A stretch of 63,232 nucleotides of DNA, counting the filler, from Rhabdomonas costata (taxonomy: Eukaryota), in the NCBI GenBank assembly GCA_019059605.1. It is 51 parts of 51 records of this genome, joined end to end, with 100 filler letters (N's around TTAATTAATTAA, not from the genome) between each part and the next. Parts side by side here need not be neighbours in the genome. Positions count along the whole stretch, not along the records: positions 48,444 to 49,584 come from JAHMHO010026546.1; positions 49,685 to 50,825 come from JAHMHO010026547.1; positions 50,926 to 52,066 come from JAHMHO010026548.1; positions 52,167 to 53,307 come from JAHMHO010026549.1; positions 53,408 to 54,548 come from JAHMHO010026550.1; positions 54,649 to 55,789 come from JAHMHO010026551.1; positions 55,890 to 57,030 come from JAHMHO010026552.1; positions 57,131 to 58,271 come from JAHMHO010026553.1; 43 more parts are not named here. One strand, written 5' to 3'. A model generated the notes under the pieces. That model was not told where the DNA came from, did not search any database, and saw nothing but the letters and a program-made list of their open reading frames with translations. This document shows positions 49,576-61,405 of this stretch, one piece after another. The position numbers and the translations under genes are program-made. Within the stretch, counting starts at the first letter, position 1, and every line of letters starts with the position of its first letter.

Positions 49576-52500
49576 ACACCCAACNNNNNNNNNNNNNNNN
49601 NNNNNNNNNNNNNNNNNNNNNNNNNNNNTTAATTAATTAANNNNNNNNNNNNNNNNNNNNNNNNNNNNNNNNNNNNNNNNNNNNGGGGGGTGTGGGCATC
49701 TCCTCCCGCCGTGTCTCGTGCAGGGGGATGATTTCTCTCCTTTTTTTTGTTTACGGCTGGTTTGCTGGGTGTTGGTTGGTGTGCAATTATTGCAGCGTGC
49801 TGGTGTGCCCATGGTCCCTCATGGGCTTTTTTGTGGTACCTTTGCTGCCGGATTTCGTGAGTTGAGTCCACCTGATTTTGGCCGGGGGGAGGGGGTGACA
49901 ATTATTGCGTTAACGTTGAACGTGAGATAAAATGTCACTACCCCTCAATTTGATTTCATTTTTGTGCAGGGGAAATGTCTGCGAGTGCTATCTGGACAAG
50001 TGACGAGTGTTTTTGACTAGTTGCTCGAATTACTGATGAAGGAAAAGTAGCCTATGGCTGGTTTGGACAGCATTGGCTTCAGGGCGAAGGCCTGAGCGGG
50101 AGATTTAGGAGGTCAGTTGGAGGGTACAAAGGACTTAATTGCATTATCAAGCAGGAAAACAAAATCGTTACTATTGTACCCCGCTAAACGTCAAAAGCAA
50201 GGTGAGGTGGGTCTTGGGACCGTTGCAGCCCAGCTTTCCGCTGCACTAAGCTTGGGTTTTCTTGTAGTTTCTCTTCCGTTACAGCTTCTTCGCCGTTCGA
50301 TCGATGAGATTTTATTCAAGGTTGAAGGGAATACCGGTGGCGCGCGCATGTTTCATGGTCAGTGCGCGATGATAACCTCTCCTGCGATCCCTCAACCGCA
50401 ATGGCGCTGTTTGTCCATGTCGGCCTTCTTTCGACAATCATAGCTCTACCTAGGTGGAAAAGGGAGCACCGATTACATGCCCGCACAAACGGGGTGCCAG
50501 TGTCCATTCCGGAGCAGAGATCCTCAGAGAAATAAACGCACAAGAAAGAGTAGGGAGGTTGGAAAGGGGGTGCACAGTGTAGGTATGGGCTTTACCTAGA
50601 CGATGGTACCTTTCCCGTGATATACACCTCACGACCATCCAGGTCAACGGGTGGTGGTGACCAGGTGCATGTGCACTTCCCACAAATTGGTACAAATCAG
50701 CAATCGCGAACCTCGCCCAACCAAAGCAGCTTCCTGACTTCTGCGATGATTCATGCCTCTCCAGCCTTTTACATGACACTTTTTCTTTTGTTTAGTACCT
50801 CTCCGATCATTTTATCACCACAAACNNNNNNNNNNNNNNNNNNNNNNNNNNNNNNNNNNNNNNNNNNNNTTAATTAATTAANNNNNNNNNNNNNNNNNNN
50901 NNNNNNNNNNNNNNNNNNNNNNNNNTGAAATGCGTTAATCAAATATGGTGAGACGGCATAAAACCTCGCCCAGCGTGGCCACCATGTCCCCGCGCTGGGG
51001 ATTCACCACAGCGGCAATCGCGGAGCCTAAACAAGGGGATCACACATATTCCCGGTACCCTTCAGTGCCTCATCCACTTCAGGCCATCCATTTCCTTGGC
51101 AAAGCCAAATACATCGTATGCCAACAAGATCCGCCCTGCCCCCAGTATTGATGTGAACAATGACCGGCAGATGATCGCAGGCACAGTGATGGAAACAATC
51201 ACACATAACCACAAAAACTAACCCAAGCCATAACCAAAAAGAGGATCATCAATCCAGAAAAGTAGTTAGCTCACACTTTCACGTTTTCACACGTTTATTT
51301 TGAAATTATTCTTTAGAGAAACTGATTCTGAAAATAACCGCCGAAAGGCAGGGGTTCAAATATGTTTTTCACAATTGCTGCTCATCGCGCGTGGTGGCTT
51401 ACACCCCTGCCGTCTCCATGAATCATACCAACCGTGAGCAGCAGCTTTTGGGCCACGTTGGTCGGCTTGTGGGTGGGATACAATCCAGAGGCAACCGCTC
51501 GAATCGCGGTGCGGCGCAACATATCTCCTGCCCCTTTCCACGGCGCCTTTCCCCACTCACTCCACCCGGAACAGACTCGCGAAGCGAAGAATATAAAGAA
51601 TAAGTAAGCTCCTTGAGGAAATGAACACACACAACCAGGCAGCCGAATCCTTTTGCAGCCAAAATCAACCCTGTAACCCTGCAAGTTCGTCGCTGGTGCT
51701 TCAGGAGGCGGTCTGAAGTATGTTCTCTCGCCACACCATCATCAGAAGAACTTCCCTTCCTAATCTCCGTGGCTTTCGCAGCCAAAGAAGTTCGCAGCCT
51801 GTCATAAAATATGACAGGCAGGGGAAATTTGGTGTTTACTTTCGCCATGCCACCCACTTTCCCCTCGCGGATTCGCTGTCCGCAGCTGCAAATTCATTAC
51901 GAGTGCCACACGTGTGCGTGAATAAGTAGGTGTTCACCTGCATGATTACCAAATTGCAAGATCCGCAAGACGGAATTAATAAATATACTAATAAATTCAA
52001 ACCATGCACCTAGTGAATCAACCAAAGCAGGGAAACCGCGGCAGTCAAGAAGGGTCACCCAACACCNNNNNNNNNNNNNNNNNNNNNNNNNNNNNNNNNN
52101 NNNNNNNNNNTTAATTAATTAANNNNNNNNNNNNNNNNNNNNNNNNNNNNNNNNNNNNNNNNNNNNTGTGGTCCTCGCCGGGTTGGGGGTGGGCATTCTT
52201 GTCCGGATGGACCTAGCAAAAAGGCGATACAGGGAATAAAGCCTAAAGAGAGGACCCAGAGAAAAGGGACGACGGGGAAACCGAAGGTACCCGACGCCTC
52301 GTGTTTAATTCGTGGAACTGTCATCCCATGCTCGCCACATCACTGAAAGAAATCCAGAACACATGAACTGGTCGTGACGGACCGACCCCCCCACACAAGA
52401 TGGCAACTCATAAAACATGATGCAAAATTCGGAGGATAAGCGGATCACCTGGCCTGGGCCCCAAATATCCGGGATGGGGTGTGAAATGGCGTGACCATGG

Positions 52501-52684
52501 TTGTAACATACTTGAAGGGCGGTTAATGCTTCAAAGAGCGGAGTAAATCATGGCCACCCCAACAAGAACAAAACGAAAATTTAACACACACACACACACA
52601 CAATTTATCACAATTTAACATGTGGTTCAAGAGTCACTTGCCACCCGAACCCCCGAACCCGTTGCCATAACCTCTCGAACAGAC

Positions 52685-52840
52685 CTTAATGCTGAGTTTC
52701 TTGTATGCCTTGCGGACGGCATCGTCTGTGGCGTCAATGGCAACCCCCAGAAGACTGAAGTGGTCCGGGCTGTGCAGGACGGCCCTCACAATAGCCGCGG
52801 CAGCGGCATCAACGTCCGGCGAGGCTTTCTCATGAGGCAT
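52685..52840 (-). CDS. DnaJ-domain protein, first exon
   Basis: DHFSLLGVAIDATDDAVRKAYKKLSIK|gt; the intron falls just before the expected HPD motif. Confidence 0.88.
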
Positions 52841-54982
52841 CCCTCAACCTCACCGCCCCTCACCCTCTCTTCAGCTAACTAATCCTTTCTCGGATGCGAG
52901 ATACCCTGGCAAATGAACATTGTGCAGAGCCTGAAAAGGAATGTGGAAATCATAAGTCAAAAACACCACAAGAGGTGGCATAAAGGTAAGACCATTTAAC
53001 TGAGTTTTAGTTTCCAAGACGTCTCACGTGGGCATAAACGTGCAGATGTCCGATCACCATGAAGTTCAAGGCTCGAATTTCAGAGGGTATAAGCTATGCG
53101 GGTGGGCCCCACAAAATCCATGATCACCGTCGAGGCTCACGCAGTGTGCGGGTCGGGCGTGTGTGGAAATACCGATAAATCAGCACAGGCCACAGTCGCG
53201 CATGCACGGTGCAGTCCACTACAAACAGAAGACACAAGGCACTGCTATACACATTCCAATTTCACAACGGTAGGCAGACAAGCCTGGCTCGGGCCACCCC
53301 ACAAAAANNNNNNNNNNNNNNNNNNNNNNNNNNNNNNNNNNNNNNNNNNNNTTAATTAATTAANNNNNNNNNNNNNNNNNNNNNNNNNNNNNNNNNNNNN
53401 NNNNNNNTGTTTTGGTTGTTTGGTTGTGTTGGTGGCTGCTTGACACTGATTCCTGACGCCGGTGTCTAACTCGCAAGGTCGAAATCAGCCTTTTCTTGGC
53501 AAAAACTTTTCAAACTTCTGATGATCAGAGCAGCAGGAGCAGCCAGCCAGCGGGGACCCCGAGGAAAGATTCGTGCGTATTCAGCGATTTAGACACAGAG
53601 GGGGTGGAGGTAGGGCACACATGGCGGGTCGGCACTGCGTTGGGCTGCTAGGCAACCACCCCGGGCCGGGACAAGGTATAAAGAGTGGCAACCCTAATGG
53701 GGGGTACCCGTCGAACGCCATCTTCTGTTCACAGTGGGCGAAAAGAACGAGAGCTGTGAGCGTTTCTGTCCGTTGCACGAAGACCAAGCAAAGTAGGCAC
53801 AGAGCGTAATCACCAATCGAGGACATGAAGGTGGGCAAAATCATCTACCATCAACCGCATGGAGAGGTGTGGCCTCCCCTGTGACTGCGTACCGTAAATC
53901 AGGTTCAGGTTTAAAAATTGCTTTTCCTGGGGAGCTTCCCCTTTATAAACCACCCTCCTGATATTTTATTTTGTCTTATATTCTTTGAGTCGGGACGAGG
54001 TGCACAGATGCTCATGTGTTCTCACATCACGGTCTTTGGCTTTTCCTTGTCACGCTAATTTGCAGCCTTTCCCAGCTGCGCCGCAAAGAACACTTTCGGA
54101 CATGCAAGGTGAGATGACCAAAGGTCGCGAAAAATTCCCTGTCCCGACTGGGAATTGTGTTGTATTGTCCGACGCCCGCTTTGCAAGGAGAAATGTCGGC
54201 AATAATGACTGAGGTATTTTGGGCAACTTTGGTCTTCACCCCGGCCTCAAGGGCGCGAGGCTGTATCCCCCCGCAAACTGGCCGCCCCGCGTCACACCTG
54301 GATCTAGCCCATTGACTTCGATATAGTCTCACCCTTGTCGCGGTAGTGTATTCCGAGCAGTGCCGAAATGTTCATCTGGCAATGATTCCAAGGGCAGCTT
54401 TCTAACCTCCTGCTACCCTCTGCATCTCTCATCACCACATCACGTTGCATCGCATCACATCGGATGCACCCTGAATAAAAAATCATCATCAACGCTTTCA
54501 CTGTCGCACGGGTATTATCCTACTCCGAGGCCCCCCACACACACCAACNNNNNNNNNNNNNNNNNNNNNNNNNNNNNNNNNNNNNNNNNNNNTTAATTAA
54601 TTAANNNNNNNNNNNNNNNNNNNNNNNNNNNNNNNNNNNNNNNNNNNNCACATCATCACACCACAACCTGTTCTCATCGTATATCGTATGCGCTCCTCTC
54701 GCTCAGCTATTCGAGTGCGAACATGAGCGATGGAAAGCTCTTTTTTCTTGGAAGCACAGTGGGGCTTGTGGTCCTCCTGGTTTTGAGCGGTTTCCGTCAA
54801 CCAAATGCTAATTGGCGTGCTTGGTGAAGAAGTTTCGTTTTGCCGAACGTGAAAAAGTGCAGTTCCCATACACATAATATTTGGTTTGAACACTGATTAC
54901 CTCACTGGAGGCAGGAAAACATAATTTTCGCGTTTGTAGTGGAATTGGGCGAGTTGGGTAGCCAATTGAAAAATTTGCGCAC

Positions 54983-55126
54983 CGCCCAGTCGGGTCCCGC
55001 AGTGGCCGCGCAGTTGGCGGATTCCGAGGGGGAGGGCGCCCCCGCCAGGATGGAGTAGTACAGCAGCTTCGACCGCATCGCCCTCTCTTGGGTCCTCCTC
55101 TTGTCCAGTTTCGCCTCTTTTCGCAC
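54983..55126 (-). CDS. Exon, unknown protein (VRKEAKLDKRRTQERAMRSKLLYYSIL...)
   Basis: ttag acceptor and gtgcgc donor; 144 nt open. Confidence 0.45.
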
Positions 55127-55348
55127 CTAAGTTACGGTATATTGTTAATTCTATCCCGAATTCTGGGAGGGAATCTGAAAATCCGTGACGACACCCATGA
55201 TCGGGAGTCAGACTCGCAATGGACAGAAGCTCAATCCTACCATATTGCGAAAATTGATTGGAACACCCAGTGTTAACTCTCCCCAAAACCGTTGAAAGGG
55301 ATACTGGGCCGATATCCGAAGGGGAGGGAGCGCGTAAGCTCTGTGGTA

Positions 55349-55523
55349 TTGTCCGCTTCACCTCAAAAAGGCACAACTTCCAAAGGTGTGCACTAAATCA
55401 GGCGTTTTCGGACTCGGAAAACTAAAACGGGGTGGGTGGGTGAAAAAACTTGGTTCCAGTGCATATCGGTTGTGCTTGTGTTTTCATGCTGATTTTGACC
55501 TTCTACCGTCACCACTTACTTTT
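55349..55523 (+). mobile_element. MITE copy lacking most of the right TIR
   Basis: Closely similar along its length to 57538-57700 on a different contig; preceded by TA. Confidence 0.8.
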
Positions 55524-56380
55524 AATCGTACGTCAGAAAATTTATATGCACCTAGGCGCATCAGTACAGGAGCAGGCCGCAAGCATAATCAAAGGGCTCA
55601 CGAAAGCAGAAAGCAAACGAAGGATAACAAGGCGTGCACGCATCTGCTGAAGAACGCTGCCAACTGGGCGAAGTCACAAAGAGAGTATAGTTCACAAGGC
55701 GGATTCCCATGGTCATCCACATGATCCTTAATGATTAGCAATGGGACGACAGCACCGCTTCCCACCGTCCACCCCTTCGAAACCCACACNNNNNNNNNNN
55801 NNNNNNNNNNNNNNNNNNNNNNNNNNNNNNNNNTTAATTAATTAANNNNNNNNNNNNNNNNNNNNNNNNNNNNNNNNNNNNNNNNNNNNCCGATCTTCTC
55901 TTTCCTGTTTCTCGGGCACTAGCATGCTAGAGTTGGAATTCCCTGGGTAGGAGTTGGTATGGTGGGGAATCACCGCTCGTTACTTGCCCAGAGGTGACAT
56001 AGAATTATGAACTTGGTTTGTACCTCGGGTCCGATGCGTTTTGGTGGATGGGTGATATCGTCTACCCCAAATAATTGGCACACATGTGATGGGTTCCGAT
56101 AATGGCGAAAACTTACTCAATTACTGAGTTATTGTGGTAATTGTTTCTAAAAAGGGGGCGGTGTAAAATGTTTCGTCATCCGAGAAACGATTTTTTGTGT
56201 AAGGAAGTTGTAAGGAAGTTAAAGACCCCAAGCCAGCACATATTTGGGGTGTCTAGGCAGAATTGAATTGGGGAAAGGCCAGTTTGAGCTGCTCGATCTT
56301 GCCCCTTACTCAGATCAGCCAAACGTGTCGCTACCGTGTGTGTGTGTCTGTGTGCGTGTGTGTATGCGCGTGGATGACAA

Positions 56381-56494
56381 ATGAAGGTGGCGATGGGCTC
56401 GGCTTATGTCTCGAAGATGACTGAGATGATTAACGACTTGGAGAATTCCAGGAAGCTCCAGGGGGAATTCTTGGAGGAGTGCCGCTCAATACAG
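56381..56494 (+). CDS. Cullin exon
   Basis: MKVAMGSAYVSKMTEMINDLENSRKLQGEF matches cullin LK..CG..YTSKL..MF.D...S..L...F; CAG|gtccca donor. Confidence 0.8.
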
Positions 56495-57537
56495 GTCCCA
56501 CTTTTACCTTTGTTGGAACGCTGCATGTGCACTGTGTTTTGCGCGTTGCTGGTTCATCTTTTACCGGTGGCTTTAACAGGCATTCCGAAAAAACTGGCCG
56601 TCTACTGAAGGTGACGTGGTGATCAGAACACAGCTAATCTGAGAGCGGTAGGATGGATCTGAACAGGGAAACGGAGGGTTGGTGTATGTAATTGTCGGCT
56701 TTGCTGGCAAAAATTGGCACATAAGAAGGTGCACCTCGTTCGTCTTTATAGCTCGCTCCGCATACCTTGCAGCGCCGTTGGGGAAGCTCGCCGCTTCCGT
56801 ACCTTTCGCCAATGCAGACCCCTAGGTTGCAGCATTGCCTTTCTGAGGGATTTAGTCTCGCCTCCCCCAAACTTCTACCTTCTCTTGTTCGGTGAGTTCT
56901 TCCTCGCACACGCTTGGATGATACTGCAGGATGATACCCCCGTGATCACAGGCAGCTATTCTCCTGTGACTTTAGGCAGCCGTTGTGACCGCAAACGCGC
57001 CCAAATTGGGGCATTGCTTACCCACAAAACNNNNNNNNNNNNNNNNNNNNNNNNNNNNNNNNNNNNNNNNNNNNTTAATTAATTAANNNNNNNNNNNNNN
57101 NNNNNNNNNNNNNNNNNNNNNNNNNNNNNNACCTCAGACATGACTCAGGCCCAAACAAAACAAAAGAAATACACTAGAAAATGGAAACCAAAGCAGCTGC
57201 AGATCAGGAACACAGGGCCACAACGCAAACTGACACAAACATGTTCTCGACTGGTGAAAAGGAGCAGCTGCAGGGCAGAAACGCCCACACAGTAAATGCT
57301 TAGCTACCAAAGGAAGGCTTCGGGAGTGGGCATAAATCACGGCCTACCTGTAAGCCCGTGGGATTCCAACATCACTTTTTTTTGGCCTTTGCTCTTGGAT
57401 TTTACAAGTGCTTTAAAGACTCTGCTATATTATTGTACTTTGCCACGCTGTCTTTCCCAAGGGATGTTCCACGTGTAAGTGCCATTCAAGAGAAATATTT
57501 CGAGTCGAGGATTGAATTGCAATACCCCGGAATCATA

Positions 57538-57716
57538 TTGTCCGCGTCACCTCAAAAAGGCACAACTTCCAAAAGTGTGCACTAAATCAGGCGTTTTCGG
57601 ACTTGGAAGCTAAAACGGAGGGGGGGGGTTCCAGTGCACATCGGGTTTGTGCTTGTGTTTTCAAGCTGATTTTGACCTTCTACCGTCACGTCTTACTTTT
57701 GAGGTGACGCGGGCCA
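57538..57716 (+). mobile_element. 179-bp MITE with 20-bp TIRs and TA target-site duplication
   Basis: Left ttgtccgcgtcacctcaaaa and right ttttgaggtgacgcgggcca pair at 18/20 positions; TA at 57536-57537 and 57717-57718. Confidence 0.85.
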
Positions 57717-58509
57717 TATTGTCCGCATCGACCTGCGCAGGCTTTCACACAAATACTGCAGTTACACTAAATTGGAGCAACTAAAAATCAAGCTGAATCT
57801 AAAAAACAACAACTAGTAAAGCAACCAGATGGATGACACCGCTTTCACAGGGCAATAATTTACCGGAGTATTAGACGATTGTTTCACTGCAACGTTCCGA
57901 ATACCCATCGGGAACCACGCTTTAAAAGCTCGCTTAACTTTTGTGTCGCCGTTTACCAACGCAGGGCGCTCACGGAGTTACATATGACTCTCCCCTACCC
58001 TCTTTGGAGCAGAACCCACAATCCCAGAATCTTGTCCGCAAATACCTGCCACGGGCAAGTAACAATGTCGCCAACACAGAGTGACGCAACGCAGGGGTTG
58101 ATCCCAGCGCAACCGTTGAGGTCTCACTCTCGCGCCCTTGCGGGCTTCTTGAGTTCCGCCTTGCCTCCGCGCTCGCCCCCCTGGTGCTGGCCGCGATCCC
58201 GCCCGCTCCGTGGCGGCTCAGGCTCTCGCGCAGGGGAAGAGCTCTTCCCGGTTCTTCGCTCACCCACCACCNNNNNNNNNNNNNNNNNNNNNNNNNNNNN
58301 NNNNNNNNNNNNNNNTTAATTAATTAANNNNNNNNNNNNNNNNNNNNNNNNNNNNNNNNNNNNNNNNNNNNTTGTTGTGTGTTCATGGGGAGTCTTGCTT
58401 TCAGCGTCGGTCCTCCAGTTTTGCGCTGTTCTGTAATTTGTTTTTTGAAGCGAACTGGCACGCTTCTGCTTTTTGGCAGGAGTGGGCCCATGCCTCGTGG
58501 CTCCCCCAG

Positions 58510-59159
58510 GCCTCCTGCGCAAACTTCATCTCCAGGCCTGGGCTGCCTGCGGCGCCTTCCGGAGGGTTCTGGGGCTCACCCTTCATGCCCAGCCCCGGGT
58601 GGCCTGCTGCGGCCTACCCATCCCCAGGTGCCCTTCGATCTGCCTGTTTGGTATATCTATGCATTGCTTTCGCAAAACGGCGCAGGATTATGCAGCTCGC
58701 GGTCCGAGTGAGCCGAAATCCTAGCATGCGTTTCCTTTCACTGACTGCTCCCGGGCTGTGCCGCATCTGCAGTTGACTCATTACTCATCAATATCTTCGC
58801 CTCTCGCAGCTCAGCCATTGCTCTTTTCGGACCCGTCGCTTCCTGGGGGCATGGCCCTCCCTCCCGGTCAGCCTCATGTGGGAAAGAACCCGGTCACTGC
58901 GAGCAGCCTGATCCCTGCTGCGGTGAGCCCTGTGGCAGTGCCAGGTTCTACGGTGCCTGCCACCGCGAGTGGCTCTTCGCCCCCAGTGAGTCTTCTGGAG
59001 GCCTTGCGGCGGGAGTCTGTGGCAATGCAGCAGCGGGCCGCCGAGAGTAGCGTGGTGAAGCTGTCCAAGGAGCAGCTGGTGGGACTGGTGAAGAGCTGGC
59101 CTGCCATGGATTCAGCCTTGCGAAGCCAGTACAGGCAAGCCCTCCCGCACTACTTCAAG
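58510..59159 (+). CDS. Two exons (58510-58628, 58810-59159) of an unknown Pro-rich protein
   Basis: GT-AG borders with a matching phase-1 intron; continuous frame ending YRQALPHYFK|gt. Confidence 0.6.
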
Positions 59160-59859
59160 GTGTGGGAGGGTCGCCCTGCATGGGGTGGTAAGGTATTCAG
59201 ACAGTGGGCAAGGTGAAGTCAGCAATGAAGGAAATGTCTGCCGTAACGTCGAACAGAGAGTGGGATTGCAACACCGATGGCCAAAAAGGGGTTGTGTCCA
59301 GACAAGAGATGTGACTGTGAAAGTTCGCTGTGTTTGGTTTATGTAGTGGTTCTTTGCGGCGTTTAGTGCTGAAGGAAGGGACAGTCATTACGGGAGCACC
59401 AACATCCAGGTGTCGTTTTAAATCTGATTTGGTTTGGTTTGGGCGGGATTTGATCGGGTTGTTTCAGAACTCCAAGTTCAGATCGCTACTGACTGCCTCT
59501 GAGGAAGCCCATNNNNNNNNNNNNNNNNNNNNNNNNNNNNNNNNNNNNNNNNNNNNTTAATTAATTAANNNNNNNNNNNNNNNNNNNNNNNNNNNNNNNN
59601 NNNNNNNNNNNNCTTCCCTCTTTCCCTCCCATTTCTGCCCCTCGTGATTGGTGCAGGTGCGGAGGCCAGCAGAGGAAGGTAGATGGGTACAGCTGGCAGA
59701 TCCCCCAAAACGACAAACGAGGAATTCATACACGGAAGCTTGCCACCGCACTGCTGTTGCTCATGCGGGTCGCTATGTGCTGCATCTTGTGAATGGATAA
59801 TTCCAAAAGAGAGGATGCACATGGGAGTGAGACTCGCTCATCTTCAACTTCTTCCCCAG

Positions 59860-60057
59860 AGCGAGAACTACACCGTCCTCACGGGCGCCATGCTCCGTGT
59901 GACGATGTACAGTAACGTCACCTTCGAGGACTGCACGGACATGCTGGCGGGAAATACCACTGTCCCTGTGGTGGATGGCCAGGCGGTGTTCACGGACCTG
60001 GCCTTTGCCATGCCCCGGACGGCAGTGTACACTCTGGTGTTCGACATCCTGCCCAGG
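59860..60057 (+). CDS. Exon encoding an Ig-like beta-sandwich repeat
   Basis: LAGNTTVPVVDGQAVFTDLAFAMPRTAVYTLVF resembles the L.GT....V..G.A.F.DL.....G.Y.L.F surface-protein repeat; 198 nt with AG/GT borders. Confidence 0.7.
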
Positions 60058-60853
60058 GTGGGCGGCCCAAACTTCTTCACAGAGCACTCCACGCGATGGA
60101 GCACTCAGCAGCTCAAACAGCTGCTGTCGGGAAGCAAGTCTGCGCCGTCGCGTGCTCACACAGTCACAGTCACACACCACAGATGCGGTGTTCACATTCA
60201 CGCTGGAGGATTCTTCCTCCTTGCCTTTGTCAACAGCATCCTCCAAAGGGCATATCATATGCATCCATGCTGGTTTCCCGTCATGAATGTTTGTCCTTTT
60301 TCCGGTCCTCGGATGCAGCGGCTTTCCCGGCGCCGCCGAAAGCATACTGTCGCCATAAGTCTCCTCATGTTATTCGTTGAGAACCCGGCAGTGCCACAGC
60401 CATTCTCGCGAATGGTAAACATGTTGCTGCGCCGACCCACCGCCCCACTGCCAGCGTCAATCGGTTTCTTCAGCTCCTGCACCACTTCCTCCAAACCTCG
60501 TCGCCGTTCCTACTAACGTTCTTCTAATGCCGATGCTATGCCTGCGCGTGCGAAACCTCAGTTCCCCTTCTTTTTTTCCTACATTCTTTACGCTTTTCTT
60601 TGGCACGTTTCCTTTCACGAATGCAAAAATGCAAAGCCACATTCCCTGGAAGTTCATATATAGGTAACGTGTGCCCAAAAGGCAGAGCCCAGCAAATGTC
60701 CAGCGTCAAGGGTCCTCCACAGAGAACAATTGCACAAAAGAAAAACAAAACACNNNNNNNNNNNNNNNNNNNNNNNNNNNNNNNNNNNNNNNNNNNNTTA
60801 ATTAATTAANNNNNNNNNNNNNNNNNNNNNNNNNNNNNNNNNNNNNNNNNNNN

Positions 60854-61368
60854 GAGGCCGTCATGACCTGCGAAAACAACAGGGCCTCTGCCCCCTCCTT
60901 CTTGAAGTAGCTGCAAATGTCACTCCCCAGGGCCTCCTGAGTGGTGCACTTGCCCGTCTTCACGGCGACATCCAGCAGGGCGTAGGGGAGGTAGTGCCCA
61001 GGCTTGGTCACCGAGCAGAAGCACGCTCTGACCGATCGCGGACCGGTGCACAAGAGCTGCCCGGCCTCGGAGAGGGAGAACAAGATCCCCGTGGTCTGGT
61101 CCTCAGTCTTCGCTGAGAGGGGATCGATTTGCAGCACTCCCACGGCGGCAGAGGCGCGCATGAGGCGGAAGCAGGTGTCAGGATTCGCGTGAATGGTTTC
61201 CGCAATCTTGGCAGCGGTTGAGGGGCTGACCGCAAGCAGGTCGGGAATCCCGAGCTGACACAGAGCACTGAGAATGTGGCAAGCTTGGAAGCCTGAGGTG
61301 AGGCGAAACAGTGTCTCTCTCGGGGGTCGGCGAGGGAGAGTGGGCAGATCCGAGGGAGGCACGGCCAT
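60854..61368 (-). CDS. SAM-dependent O-methyltransferase (COMT/ASMT class), N-terminal dimerisation domain, partial
   Basis: GFQACHILSALCQLGIPDLLAVSPSTAAKIAETIHANPDTCFRLMRASAAVGVL...FSLSEAGQLL...AVKTG; uninterrupted. Confidence 0.9.
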
Positions 61369-61385
61369 TGCTGCACAGGTACCGC

Positions 61386-61405
61386 TGAACAAAAAAAAAG
61401 AGGAA
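61386..61405 (-). promoter_or_regulatory. Polypyrimidine tract + AG just upstream of the methyltransferase ATG (candidate trans- or cis-splice acceptor)
   Basis: Minus strand reads ttcctc + poly-T run + gttcAG, about 17 nt before the ATG. Confidence 0.45.

Noticed and set aside
54895-54915. 4-nt microexon (ccag|TGAG|gtaatc, minus strand)
   Set aside because: Such a motif can arise by chance and there is no homology support.
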